NCBI GenBank assembly: GCA_002633005.1
Contig: NMRA01000023.1
Location: forward strand, 1,711,762-1,775,761
DNA length: 64,000 bases
Reading direction: 5' to 3'
Source: Phoronis australis
Taxonomy: Eukaryota > Animalia > Phoronida
Made by a program: the position numbers and the translations under genes. This document shows positions 39,953-54,900 of this stretch, one piece after another. The notes under the pieces are model-generated. The model did no database searches. It saw only the letters and a list, made by a program, of their open reading frames with translations, and was not told the origin of the DNA. How positions within the stretch are numbered: the stretch's first letter is position 1; the number at the start of each line of letters is the position of its first letter.

Positions 39953-42900
39953 CTAAGGAAGACAAAATAGCAGCACACTGCATTAGCGTGAAGTCACTAT
40001 TTCTGATGAAGACCTACACGCTAAGTATTCATCATTTACAGTTATTAGTTTAGTGAATGTAAACAATGATGAGCGTGTCTGTTCCACAGATAAACCATAG
40101 AATAAATGTTTACTAGATTTTCAAAAGCCATTTTCCTTACGCTGTGTTGTAACGCACACCCTGAACTGGTTAAGTGTGTTACAAAGTTACAATGTTTAAT
40201 TTGAGGATAAGTCAGTCCCCAGCTTGCCAGCTCTGTTCTGAATGTATCAGTTTCCCAATCTCCTTTTAATGCCACCCAAATATATCGTGGCGCAGGGAAG
40301 ACCTGATCAATCTATAATGGAATTGAATATTAAAGTTTCTAAACACTTTATTCTGGTGTCAAGGATCACATTCTTCACATGTGTATTTCCAAAAACAATG
40401 CTATGGTGTTCATATCCTTTGCTTGATCTAAAATCAATTATAACAAAATGCCATGAATTCCCAATGCTCATACTGCTATGATGGCTGAGGTAACCCACTA
40501 TGATGAGCTAACCCACGATGATGAGCTAACCCACGGTGATGAGCTAACCCACAATGATGAGCTAACCCACGATGATGAGCTAACCCACAGTGATGAGCTA
40601 ACCCACAATGATGAGCTAACCCACAATGATGAGCTAACCCACGATGATGAGCTAACTCTATGAGCCTAATGTGAAGTACTAACGAGACGTCAAGTCTTCA
40701 CAAGCCCAGAAATGCTTAAATCTAGTCTGAGAAAAGACCAAAATGTGACGGACTTCAAAACAGCATGTGGTCTAAATCAACAGTTGCCTTTTGACAGAAA
40801 GCGGGGTATACTGCAGCATTAATGCTCGAGTTATTTGAAAAAGTGAATAATAGTTGTTTAAGCACTATCAGTATGTTATTAATTTGAAAAAATATCACAA
40901 AACTTGGCAATAGCTTAATTACTGGATCTCAAATTGGTTCATTCCCAACTGGCATTTCACTGTGATGTAAGTGTAAGACTTACCTGGTGTCATGTGGATG
41001 AGAGATGGATCTTTACTGACACGTGACTGGCATATGAACCCAATGACAAAATCTTTATTTTCTTCGGCCATTTTCACGGTAGCTACAGGAAGTACAACAC
41101 CAAAACAGTTAGCTAGCACAAACACAAATTAAAAACATTTAAATTCTCGTGAACTTTATTTGGCAAGTTATCCCCTACAATCAATCTTGAAAATATCACT
41201 TAAGAACCTAGTAATTAAAGACAAAGGACAATAATCAGAGAAATCACCAACTATCATGTTTCTGAGAAAGTAAACTAAATATCACACTAGTCCAAATACA
41301 GCAATCTATCTTTCTTTTGCCTACAAAATGAACAGCTGCTCATACAACAATAAATTTTCAGTGTCTGAAATTAAAAAATGTTTACCATAAAAATTTTTAA
41401 GCCATGTCAACAATACGGCTTTGCATACAACTTTCATATACGGTAAATCCAGTAGGTAAATAATATTCTGACAAGATTTTTTGACCAAAAAGGTGTGAGT
41501 ATGCGAAACATAAATATCAGAGTACGTAACTATACAGCAGAGTGTTATGCCATTCTGTATACATATGCCACTTACCTTGTGTATAGCTGTCTGTGGCTAG
41601 ACTACCCTCAGAACTCATCTCAGCTATCATGAGGCAGGCACACTTAGAGTTGTCGACGGCCTGTTAAGAAGAGGCAATTATTGGGAAACACAACACCAAA
41701 TGCTCAACCCACACTGACCTTTGACCTATGACACAGTCCAATGCTGTGGTTTCATGTCATACTTCAATGAGGAGTCACAAAGAGAACGATTAATGTTAAA
41801 TGGCATGTCACAATTTGTCACACTTCAAATTTTTAAAGTGTCATAGGGAAGCCTCGCAGGTTTTTGGTGATTTTTGCATGAATAAGTCACATCAGCTTTA
41901 CCTTTGTCACACATGCGACGCAGTATTTGCCGGTGACAACACTGAATTCTATAACGACGTTCTAAAACCGCTCTGAGGTGGTGGCGTGTTACAACTATTA
42001 TTAAAATCTCTTGGTCTATTTGCACCGACCTCTTGTCTATTTACATTGTCAAGATGTTTCGGTCAGCTGGTCTATTCTCTTACGAATGCAGCAACACTTG
42101 ACGATGGCCGGAGAATAGACCGACCGAAATGTCATGACAATGTAAATAGACAAGAGGTTGGTGTAAACAGACCAAGAGATTTTAATAATATTTGAATTCT
42201 ATAATTTTTCCACTAGTCAAAAATGAACCACCAACTGATGGCGCATAAAATAACTATAAACCTAACAAAACACTAACAGCCAACTTACAAATACATGTAT
42301 GAAAGAACTGTCAAAATGTCACAGAACTTCGTTTTTTTCACAGAAATGTCATTATGTCATAGGGAATCCAGTCTCTGAAGCAGACTGCCAAATTTTTCAA
42401 AGCTGACTGAGAGCTACAGGCTGATTCCAGGCTAGAGACAGGGCTGTACATAATAACAACTGAAGGCTGGAGCCAGGCTAGAGACAGGGTTGTACATAAG
42501 AACAGATACAGACTGGAGTCAGGCTAGAGATAGGGATATACACAACAACAGTTCTAGTCGATGACCCAATATTCCTATTTAAGGATAAAAACAAGAGCAA
42601 CCCGCAGCACTGAAATGCGCACACAAGTGCATCGTAAACACTGTGCTTCTAGGGGTGTTTATTTGTATCATAAAAATGACCATTAGATGGCTCAGAATAA
42701 ATTGAATCTATCCNAAGAATTGTCAAAATGTCACAGAACTTCGGTTTTTTCACAGAAATGTCATTATGTCATAGGGAATCCAGTCTCTGAAGCAGACTGC
42801 CAAATTTTTCAAAGCTGACTGAGAGCTACAGGCTGATTCCAGGCTAGAGACAGAGCTGTACATAATAACAACTGAAGGCTGGAGCCAGGCTAGAGACAGG

Positions 42901-45900
42901 GTTGTACATAAGAACAGATACAGACTGGAGTCAGGCTAGAGATAGGGATATACACAACAACAGTTCTAGTCGATGACCCAATATTCCTATTTAAGGATAA
43001 AAACAAGAGCAACCCGCAGCACTGAAATGCGCACACAAGTGCATCGTAAACACTGTGCTTCTAGGGGTGTTTATTTGTATCATAAAAATGACCATTAGAT
43101 GGCTCAGAATAAATTGAATCTATCCAAAAATGGTACATCTCTAAAAATTACTTGTCATTGTTACTTTAATAGATAGACTAATTACCAAATTTTATAAAAA
43201 TCTGTCAAGGACCTTCAGAGAAACAGAGGAAAATGAAAAAAATGAAAAAGATCCTGAAGAGGGTTTAGGAGTTATAGCCATGGCTGCAAAGAAGCAAAAC
43301 TGCCATTAGGAGGCGCCACAGCAGTCAAAGTCATCGGAAAATCATTGTCAGCTGTCCTCTTCACAGTAGGAACATATTTGCAAAATTTCACAATCATCTT
43401 TAGAGTAGTTTGTTTAACAGAGGGGCGGACACCAAAAAACAGTAAAAATCGAAACATTCGAAATCAGTAAAAATGGTGACACAAAATACCTTGAATCTAT
43501 CCAAAAATGTGAGGATAGTGTCATCTGACTAAGAGATGCCTATCTACCAAATTTTACATAAATCTGGTGAGAACCTTTGAAGTTACAAAGGTAAACGTAA
43601 AAAAATATAAATGCCACTAGGGGGCACTGTGGTAGTCGGGCATGTTGTACCAGACGTGAGCAGGCCGCTCAGCTGGGCCCATTGCACTATCACCTGGAAC
43701 TATTTTAATGCTTTATTTATATATAGTTAAAACCGAGCCGAGGATCTAGAAACCCGACTGAAGGGTCTAGCAGTGTGACCAGTGAGAGTTGAACCCAAGA
43801 CTTTGAGTAAATGAAGCAGACACTTATCATAATAGGCCACACTGCCTCCTTTTATTAAAGGTATCTCAGCATATCTTTAGTTGATGCCAGTATTAATTTT
43901 CTTGTATTAACAGTTTCAGCTTGCTGGAATCAACCTAGTATCTTCACTACAGAAAACCCGATCCCATGACTGATACTGAGAGATGCATAACATATCACAA
44001 CGCAGTATCTTCACTACAGCCAATCCCTTGACTGATACTGAGAGATGCATAACATATCACAACGTCCAAGAAATCTTAGATTTAATTTGTGTTCAATTTC
44101 TTGATATCATCTCAGTCACTACTCTTGTACACTCCTCATAGCTGATGTTTACGTACCTCCTTGAGTCCTTTGACTACCCCTGGCCCAGGGACGCTGTGGG
44201 CATTGACGATGTCAGCCCAGTCACCAATCTTGTACACACCCCCTGCCAGTTGGTGCTTCACTGTGTTCCCAATATCAGCAAATTTTCTTAATGAAAAAGA
44301 CATCACATGCATCTATCAAGTGATATAAAAACAATGCAACAATAGTTTAATAAGGACTCAGAAAGCCACATTCATTATCTGTTAGTTACAGTCTAATGTT
44401 GTCGTATTTCTGGAAATTATTATTGCTAGGAAAGACATCATTGATTATCCAGTTGATTGTCCAGTTGATTGCCCACTTGATTATACAGTTGAGTGTCAAT
44501 CCTGCTTACATTAAGGTCAATTTCTTGAATTCTTTTCACACTAAATTTCGTGAACAAAGATGGAACTTGTCGTGAATTTTGCTGAAATTCATGTGTGCCT
44601 CCTGAAATGATTCTAACACAAACATTGCAATATTTTTTTTCAACAACAGTAAAACATAATTATAAGAAAAGACAGCAATTTCAATTGATGATAATTTATA
44701 ATAAAAGAATTTTCATACAAATTCAATCAACCATTTTATACTTTAATGAATGGTATAATATGATAGAAATGGTTGATAAGAATTCACATTAACCCATGAC
44801 ATGTTTTATCATCACGGCAAAGTTTATCGTCAACGGTCACAACTTGTATGATTTCTGGTCATTGAAAATGATAAATGTTCAAAAGATTGTAAAAATGATG
44901 CTATGAATTATGATCCGATTGATGGTCATTTATCATCAGTCTGATATGAATTTACCAAAAAGGGTCTCTGCAGCTGTTCAGCCGCCCATGCACACACCTG
45001 TCTTCAAATATAAGAAAGTTATTGGCCATTGCAATATTTTTCAGCTGCTTGATGAGCTCCAGGGAGAAGTCCTCTAAAATGTCCACGTGGAGTTTCAAAA
45101 TACAGATGTAGGGTCCAACCTGGCGGGCAAGCTGAAATGCAACACGGATTAATGGATACAGTGACTACACTCCACATACTGTGAACACACTGTGTACACA
45201 CTGTGTACATACTGTGAACACACTGTGCAAGGTATCCACCTTTCAAGACATATAACACTTACACATACTCTAATCAAAATATGTTGAGTTCACAACAGTG
45301 TTCACAATTAACAACAATTTTCAGTGATATTCACTCCAACTATCTGTACTATTAATGGTTGTTGACAGTGCAACAAAAAATTGGATGGCCAAGAGGCATA
45401 TGAAAAATGAAAGACAGTTCTACTTTGAGACTGTTCTTGTCTCATCATAGTCCCTCATTTTATTTTGTCTGAGCAAACATCCACAAAGACAGCGTCAACA
45501 TGCGTCTTAGAAGTCAAGCTCACAATTATTGCCATATTCACGTGAGGAAGACATTCACTTTAGGAAATAGATACATATTTCATTGAAGACACGACTTTGA
45601 TTTGTTTTTACTAGTTTAATTTCAGTTCTTTCAAACTCTCTAAATATAGAGTTTGAAAGCACTGAAATTAAACTTAAAAACAGATCAAAGTCGTGTCTTC
45701 AATGAAATATGTATACCAGAAATATTACTGCCAAATTATAGTGATTTAGAAAAAAGAGGGAATCATGGCTTGCTGCAGTTTTGATATAATTGTAAACCTG
45801 ACCAAAAAATGAACACTTTACTAAATGGCTTTTCTATGCGTATCATCATGATCAACATTGAAGAGTGCGTGCTCTTTCATCATGATCAATACTGAAGAGT

Positions 45901-48900
45901 GTGTGCTCTACCATCATGATCAACACCAAAGAGTATGTGCTCTTTCATCATGATCAACACTGAAGAGTGCGTGCACTTTCATCATGATCAATACTGAAGA
46001 GTGTGTGCTCTTTCATCATGATCAACACTGAAAAGTGTGTGCTCTATCATCATGATCAACACTCTGAAGACTGTGTGCTCTTTCATCATGATCAATACTG
46101 AAGAGTGTGTGCTCTTTCATCATGATCAACACTGAAAAGTGTGAGCTCTATCATCATGATCAATACTGAAGAGTGTGTGCTCTACCATCATGATCAACAC
46201 TAAAGAGTATGTGCTCTATCATCATGATCAACACTGAAGAGTGTGTGCTCTATCATCATGATCAACACTGAAGAGTGTGTTCTCTTTCATCGTGATCAAC
46301 CCTCAAAAGTGTGTGCTCTACCATTTAGTGTGTTCTCTACCATCATGATCAACACTCTGAAGAGTGTGTGCTCTTTCATCATGATCAACACTGAAGAGTG
46401 TGACTGTGCTCTTTCATCATGATCAACACTGAAAAGTGTGTGCTCTACCATCACGATCAACACTAAAGAGTGTGTGCTCTTTCATCATGATCAACATTAT
46501 CAGCATTATCTTGACACTTTCATAGACAGGGTTCCGGAAAGTGCACTTTTGTACATGTGAGTAAATAATGCTAATTGTGAACTCAAAAATAGCTTATTTC
46601 TACCAAACGCAAGATTATTGCATGCAACAGTTACCTTCAACAATTCAGCAGTAGTCGTCACATCAGCTGCTACCGCAAGGTTTGTTTGCTTCTCATCCAT
46701 TATCGAGAAAAGTCTCTGAAGGACGGGGTGAGTGGCTAGTTGCTGACGTTCGCGGTAACTTAAGACAGGATCTGAGGCTGGAAGCTGTATGTTAGAGTAA
46801 CAGACATATTATTTTAACCATCTGAAGTTTATGAATGACCCTGAAAAATTAAATGTACAATTTTGGCCAACTTCAAAACATCGTAACTCAGAAATGACCG
46901 ATCTAATTCACATAAAATTTCAAACTATTAGGAGTTTGTTTTTATAATGTTTCATATTTGCATGAGAGGCTATCAAAAGTAGGACTCATTTGATTTCCAT
47001 AAAAAATTCCATGTTGCATATAACAAAAATGAAACGATAATTTAGAAAACTGCGTTTTTGCTATGAACATACCGTTCTTTTTTTACTCAATTTTCCTATA
47101 AAGCAAGGTCACATGACCTAATTAGAGGAAGATTGATAAGAGTTCAAAAATCAAATTCTACAGAATTTCTACTTTCAGAAAATATATACTTTTGCTGAGT
47201 TATACGAATGCCATTACTAAGGGAGTAATATTATTACACGATCACTGAAACATATGTTCTCTGATTGGCTAATTAAAACAAAGTATGAAAACTTGCATTA
47301 TGTTGACTGGTTGAAATCAAAGGATAATAACATTAAGGATGGTATTATAAAACAAATATGGACCAATCCCTTGAGAATATTAGATTATATGGACCTCTGA
47401 AGAGAAACACTCAATCCCTTGAGAATATCAGGTTATAAGGACCTCTGAAGAGAAACACTCAATCCCTTGAGAATATCAGGTTATAAGGAACTCTGAAGAG
47501 AAACACTCAATCCCTTGAGAATATCAGGTTATAAGGACCTCTGAAGAGAAACACTACCCTCCCTTGGTCCACATATGACTAGATAGAGCCCCCTGTACCA
47601 CTCCATATTAGGGAAACAGTCACTCACAAGGATCCCGGATTTTGAGAACCAGTTTGATGCCTGTTATTCAGTGAATAAAACTGGTTGTCAAACTAAGGGA
47701 CCCCTGTGACTATTGCAGGCCATACCTTGGCTGCTTGGCTGTCCGCAATTTTCAGTAAGCTGTTCTCCTTGATAAAGGTTCTTACTCTCTCCACCATCTC
47801 TACATCGAGCAGTTGTCGTTTGAACAGAATGTCTAGCACCTGACTCACCGTACACACACTGTCAAGAAAACAAAACATTAGTCATAGACATTATCCAATC
47901 AGATAATGGATAACTGATGAATACCCTAGAGGCCATTGGTCACATTGCTCACACTATCAGGACTTCCTGTAATGGCACCCACACTTCCTGTAATGGCACC
48001 CATGGCAGTTTGACTGAAATTATGAAGGTATAACGACACATTCTGGAAACCTGTGAGCATTTAAACAGAAACTAAAATGAACAACTGTTGGGCAGATGCC
48101 AGTCCAAGCCTCAATAAACATGTCTCTAGCATAAAGATGATCAATACTATGATCAAAATGGACACCGCAAAGGTGGTATTTTACAAGGCAAGAGCAACGT
48201 GGGGCATTAAAATGCACCCACAAATGCACCACAAATGGTGTGCTTCTAAGGTTGTTCATTTGTTTCATAAAAATTGCCAGTAGATGGCGCAAAAACATCC
48301 AATCCAGCTGAAAATGGAAACACGCCATCACTTCTTTAATAGAAAGCTATTTAACAAATTTCATAAAAATCTTCAGAGAAACAAAGGAAAATGGAAAAAA
48401 TGAAATTGTCATTATAGGGTACAGTGTTTGTTGGATCCACCTGCAAGACACTGTCGTCTGTTGTTAGCTTCATATAAATACAATTACTAAATTTAATAAA
48501 GAGCCTGTAGTGGGTTTAGGAGATGCAGCTTTGGGCGCAAAACAAACAAAACTACTACTAGAAGGCGCTACAGTGGTCTAAGTCCTCATTGTCAACCGTC
48601 CTCTTCACACTGAGAACATAAACGCCAATTTTCAAAATCATCCTTAGAATGGTTTGGTTGATCGAGGGTGGACGCTAAAACACAGACTCAAAAAACAGTA
48701 AAAATGGCCACCAGGTGGCGCAAAGTAAGTAGATTCCATCCAAAAATGGGAGGATAGCATCATCTCACCAACAGATGCCTATATTCCAAATTTTCTGAAA
48801 ATCCATTAAGGACCTTTGAAGATACAGAAGGGGCACACCGGCAGTCAGATCCGTCTGAAAGTTGTCATCGTTCGTTGTTATCATCACATAAATATACTTG

Positions 48901-51900
48901 TTAAATTTAGTAAAGATCCTGCAAACGATTTAGGACATACAGCCATGGGCACAAAAAATACCACTAGGAGGCGCCAAAGTAGTCGATGTTGTCGGAAAAT
49001 CATCGTCAGCTGTCCTCTTCATAGTAAGAACATACCTGCCAATTTTCACAATCACCCTCATAGCGGTTTGGTTGATAGAGGGGTGGACGCCAAAAACAGA
49101 CTTGAAAACAGTACAAGAGCAATGTGGAGCATTGAAATGCGCCCACGAATGCACCACAAACGGTGTGCTCCTAGGGTTGCTTATTTGTGTCATAAAAATA
49201 GGTACTAGATGGCACAAAAACATCTAATCCACCTGGAAACTGAAAAATGTTGCCGCTTCTTTAATAGAAAGCTATTTACCAAATTTCATAAAAATCTGTC
49301 GAGGAACTTCAGAGAAACAAATGAAAACAGAAAAAATGAAATTGCCACTATGGGGCACAGCGTTCATTGTATCGGCCTGAAAGACGTAGTCTGTTGTTCA
49401 TATAGATACAATTACTAAATTTAATGAAGATCATGCAGTGAGTTAAGGAGATGAAGCTATGGGCGTAAAACAAAACTATTGCTAGGAGGCGCCACAGTAG
49501 TAGAATTCCTTACAGTCAACCGCCCTCTTCACACTGAGAACATAAACACCAATTTTCAAAATCATCCTTAGAATGGTTTGGTTGATCGAGGGGTGGATGG
49601 CAAAAAACACTCAAAAACAGGAAAAATGGCCACTAGGTGGTGCAAAGTACCTAGATTCCATACGAAAATGGGAGGATAGCATCATCTCACCAATAGATGC
49701 CTACATTACAAATTTTCTGAAAATCTGTTGAGGACCTTTGAAGATACAGAGGTAAACCTAAAAAATGAAATGGCCACTAGGGGACACACTGGTAGTCAGA
49801 TCCGTCCAAAAGCTGTTGTCATCTGTTGTGAACATAATATAAATACACTTGCTATATTTAGCAAAGATTCTGCAAACGCTTTAGGAGATACAGCCATTTG
49901 CACAAAAAAACTGCCACTAGGAGGAACTACAGTAGTCGAAGTCGTCGGAAAATCATCGTCAGCTTTGAAGTAAGAACATACATGCCAATTTTCACAATCA
50001 TCCAAAAAGCCGTTTGGTTGATAGAGGGTGGATGCCAAAAAACAGACTGAAAACAGTAAAAATGGCCACTAGGTAGTGCAAACTACACCAAATCCATCCG
50101 AAAACGGGATGATAGCGTCATCTCGCTAATAGATACGCCAAATTTTATGACAATAGGTTGAGGACCTTTGAAGATAGAGGTAAGAGTAAAAAAAATAAAA
50201 TTGCCACTAGGGGACACATTGGTAGTTGGATCCGTCCGAAAGTTCACTCATGCCGTTCCATCCATGAAAGGAACATATATGCCAAATTTCATGAACGTAA
50301 GTCAAAGGGTTTTGGAGATAGAGCAGCAGACACCGGACGCACGCAGGACGGACGGACAGAGATGACGGCATAATGCGTCCACATATAAATATGTGAATGC
50401 ATAAAAAATAGCCACTAGGTGGTGCAAGCTACGTTAAATTCATCCAAAAACGGGAGGATAGTGTCATCTCACTAAATTCTAATAGATGCCTATATGCCAA
50501 ATTTCATGAAAAAACATTGAGGACTTTTGAAGATACAGAGGTAAACGTAAAAAACTAAAATTGCCACTAAGGGGCACATCAGTAATCAGGGCCCGGTCTC
50601 CAATCTCCGCACTCAGACTCATACTCATACTCGAGATTTCATACTCAAAATCGTGCTAACTGGAGTCGTACTCAAAAAAGCGTATCTAATGTCGTATTTC
50701 GAGTAGACTCCAAACGTACTCAAATCTGACACTCATACTCGAGTTGCTATGGAACTCTTTATGATGTGAAATGCAAAATCACACAAAGCCGCTCTGATTC
50801 ATCGCTCCCTATTGGAATAGACCACCCCAAGAACTAGGCCTACATTATCGCCTGCTGTCGCTACAACTACAACAGTATGTCTATAACGTGGAATTCTGAG
50901 TGTTCTGTAACTGTTATTCATTTTTTAGTTTCAATTAATATTCTTATGCCATTTCTTTGATACATTTGGCAATTATTAAGCTTTACATCTTGAGTTCCTC
51001 ACTCAGTCCCGAAAATGTCTTAAGAAATATGTAACAGCTTATCACATCACATCTCTGTTGCTAATTTAGTCTTGACATAAAACCCATTGCTGTGTAGGTC
51101 TACGCTGATGTCAAACTTTGATACTGTATCATTGTATTTTACTGGGATGTATCAAGTGAGTTGACATTTGGCACGTGAGTTAAAAAACAATACTTGTGCA
51201 GGCATTCAGAGTTCACCAGTGGCAGTGAACGGGACGAGACGTCTACTTAGAAATCGGCAAACAAAATCTGGAATTCCATTTGGGGATTGAGGAATTATAG
51301 ATGACTAAGTTATGATGAGAAATGTACCTGACAGGGAAGCGAACTTTTTTTAACTTCCCTCCCCTCCTCGTCTTTTGGAAACCCTACAAAACGTAGGCAC
51401 ACATACCGAAATAAGGGCAGCACAAACTTCTCACACGACTTTTCCCACAACTGCTTTCGACGCTTGTTATGACTCGCCGACAAGGGATTACAATGCGCCT
51501 GTTGCCAGGAATTGTAGAGGTAGAATGGCGGCCATAACATACAGTGATACGGCGGGTTAATAAGGTGAAGAATAAGAAGATTTAAGATGAAAACTATTAT
51601 CTCTGAACTGAAATTGAAGTGCTGAGATACGGTAAGAGGACTTATTTTTTTAGATTTGCTGTGTTTCTTGGTTCCCTTTCGATATTTTGTTCTCTGGCTC
51701 GTATTTATTTTCGAGTACGATTTCAAGCACACTGCCATACCAAACTTGAAATTTGAGCATAGACTCCGAATTTTTACTCAAAATCGTACTCGAAATATAG
51801 ATGAGATACACTTCAGTTCGAGTACACTCGAAAACTGAGTACGTGCTCGAAATTTAGAGTACAGATTTTTCGAGTATGACATTGAATACACCAAAGCTGA

Positions 51901-54900
51901 GTCTGTACTCGAGTTGAGTATGAAGTGTGAGTTTGAGCATGATTCGAGTCTGAGTACGGAGATTGGAGACCGGGCCCTGATCTGTCCAAAAGTCCGCTCA
52001 TGTCGTCCCATCCACGAAAAGAAAATAGGTGCAAAATTTCATGATCATATGTCGAAGGCTCTTGGAGATAGAGAGCAGACGCCGGACGGAGATGATGACA
52101 TAATGCTTCCACAAAAAATATGTGAACACATAAAAATGTGATGTGGTAAAATGGGTTCCCCATACCATATGAAAAAGTGTGAGTTTCTGCGCAAAAGGCA
52201 ACTGAACAGAAACATGTCAGCATAAGAACATTATCATTCTGATGTGTTGTTCCACATGAGCAACAAGATATAGTGAGAAGACTAATAAAATAGACAACAT
52301 ATTGTCAATTAATCATATCATGTACCATAAAATGCTTGAGACTGACCATCACAGGACAATGGTCAGTGTCCACATGGACCTAGTTACCTGTGCAAAGTCA
52401 CACCCTTCTCTTGAAGCAACTCTCGGCCACCCTGCTCTCTGTTCAACAAGACGACGGCATCTTTACACACAATGTCATGAGAGTTCAGTGCCTTGCAACA
52501 TAAAATGACAAGATATGCAATGTATAAGTTACGATTAGGACGACAGGAAGCGACCTTCAGGTAGGCACTTGAATACAATTAAAACGGCTTAATGGATTGA
52601 TTAAGGAACATTGTTTAGAGCAGAGATATTGGTTGCGGACTATCGCTTGTGAGGCCTGAATTCAAATTCTGTGTTTGCAGGTCGATTATGCACTTATTAG
52701 TCTCTTAAGACTGAATTACGGTTCACAGCAGGCAAAAATGCCCAGAGGGGTGATAAACCCAATGTCACGGATTTGAACCATACTATGCATTTTAATTACC
52801 TTTGGGATGATAAACAAAACAGTGTCCACGTGGACCAATCTTATTTTACCTTGTTTAAGGGGGAGAAATCAGGCAGCCTCTATTTTGAGGGTAAACCATG
52901 CAATGGACTCGCCGAAAATGGCTTATTTGCAATACATAATAAAAATACAGGTGCACAAGATAATTATTTCTTTGAAATTTTTAAATAAGGCAAGTCTTTG
53001 GCTTCATAAAGATGTTAAAAAAAACTCATTAACTCTTCTGATAAGTTCAAAATTTCAGGCTTAAAGTATAGAGGGGTCAGAGGTTAACAAACCCTTGCAA
53101 TTTCCCCACACTTTGAGCCAATATACCTCAGCTGGCACAGCACTGATCAACACCAGACTTTTACACAAGACGTTTCTATCTTAGCGAAGTTGATTGAGTG
53201 GCAGAGAGCATTTTCCTATAGGAATCGAAAGCTTGTTACAACCACCTTGGAAATTACCTTCAATACCGATACCTTTTTGGAACACCATAACACCAGTTAA
53301 CTGCATAGTAATTTGATTCAAAAGTTGTTTTACTAACATTTAGCTTAGTCTCATTAAGTGAGGCGCATTTGTTTGTTATTTTTTCCATTTTCATTATAAT
53401 TCCGCGTTTTTCGTGAACCCAGTGTCCAATAACAGGCATGATGGCGTTCTCCCATTCAGTGACTTTACCAGGTGTAGAGGGTTGTGAGCATGTGATAACA
53501 TCTAGCTTTGTTAACTGCCAAGCACAGTCTTTTGTCTGGTATGACAACAGGCAAGCCAATTATCCACCAGGCTTATTACGACCACATGTGAACACAGTCA
53601 AACCCAAAGCGAATTGGTACATTTGGAAAGAATTGTCGCAACTTTGGTTGTAGTGGGGCTATTTTGGCGATTCAGAAACTAAACATGATCAGCATTTGAC
53701 GAGGAATTCAGAAATGCTATCGGTTTATGTTCAAATATGTTATAACTTAATTTTTATTTTTAACAGCACAGCCCAGTCAGACAAGATACGATCTTATTGG
53801 AGATTAGAGCAATTATCGAACAAGAGAGAGCTGGCCCTCCAACCATAAATGCCAGAATGGAGTTAATCAGTCATGTAAGATATTGGCTACAGGGGTTATC
53901 TTCCCAACTTGTTGTTGGGCTATAAAATCGAACAAGTTGTGATCACCGGAAAAAGGCCGTAATGGGTGTCACTTTAGTGGTGGCAAAATGGCTGACGATC
54001 CTGACTTGCAGTGTTAACTATTATGTTGAAGTGTGATGAAGTGTGTGGGACCTCCATAGAATATCCTCTGCACGTGTGAAATCTTGGTGCAGCATAAAGT
54101 GAGTACAAAGTCACCACACCTACAACCTGAATGGCAACTGATTTTGAAGAGAGTCGGACAATTTACAAATGCGTGTTCACTGGACCTGCGTGTGACTGTG
54201 TCCAAGGCAAGGGCAACACACCGGGCTCACCTTGGAATTCTATGGAAACCAAGTAGACTGTGCAAACACCCAACAGGAGGCATTCACATAGTCAAGTAAC
54301 GGCTGATCACCAGGAACAGGATACCATTGCCCTCTGGAGGACTGGGAAGTAATTTCACTTATTTAAACTTCTCACATCTAGTCGCACACAATCAATTATG
54401 TTCCTCTGTGCCTTTCACTGCACAGATGAAGTATCTTCTCACTGGAAGCCTGTTCCACATGGTCAGCCCCCATTGCTACTTGAAAGCCTCCCATTTTTCA
54501 CTTGACTGAGTCAGTTACAACAAACTGCATACAGACAGCAAAATGATAACACTAGCCAGCAATACCACTCCAAACGGTGAAGTTCTTGGGAAACTGGCGG
54601 CTATATAACGTCCATGGAAATCTGGTCACCAGTGGTTTTGCCCTTCCCTGTAATTGCCATTGAATCTTTCAGACACTGTGCTCTGCTTCCAACGCCCTGC
54701 ATCAAAACCACTTGAACATTCCATAAAAATAACGTTTGTTCTGACACACTCCAGAGCTAACTCGCAGTAAGCATCTCTGTTAACAACCACACACAAAACC
54801 ACAAATAAATGATATGTAATTCTTTTTACAAAACTGTAAGATTTGAAAAGTTGCATGAGGGTAGGGGGCAACCACGATCTTTGAAGGAAATTGTTATGAA

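Larger units (their letters stand above)
48189..52137 (+). mobile_element. Helentron-like element (outer copy), interrupted by a second copy at 49113-50408 and a Harbinger-like element at 50590-51976
   Basis: CAAGAGC start, CACATAAAAA end; the host sequence resumes in register after each insert. Confidence 0.7.

Noticed and set aside
45843-46497. CRISPR-like look of the 34-bp arrays (also 28757-29445 and 47364-47556)
   Set aside because: Units are head-to-tail with no unique spacers, there are no cas genes, and the context is eukaryotic; they are minisatellites.
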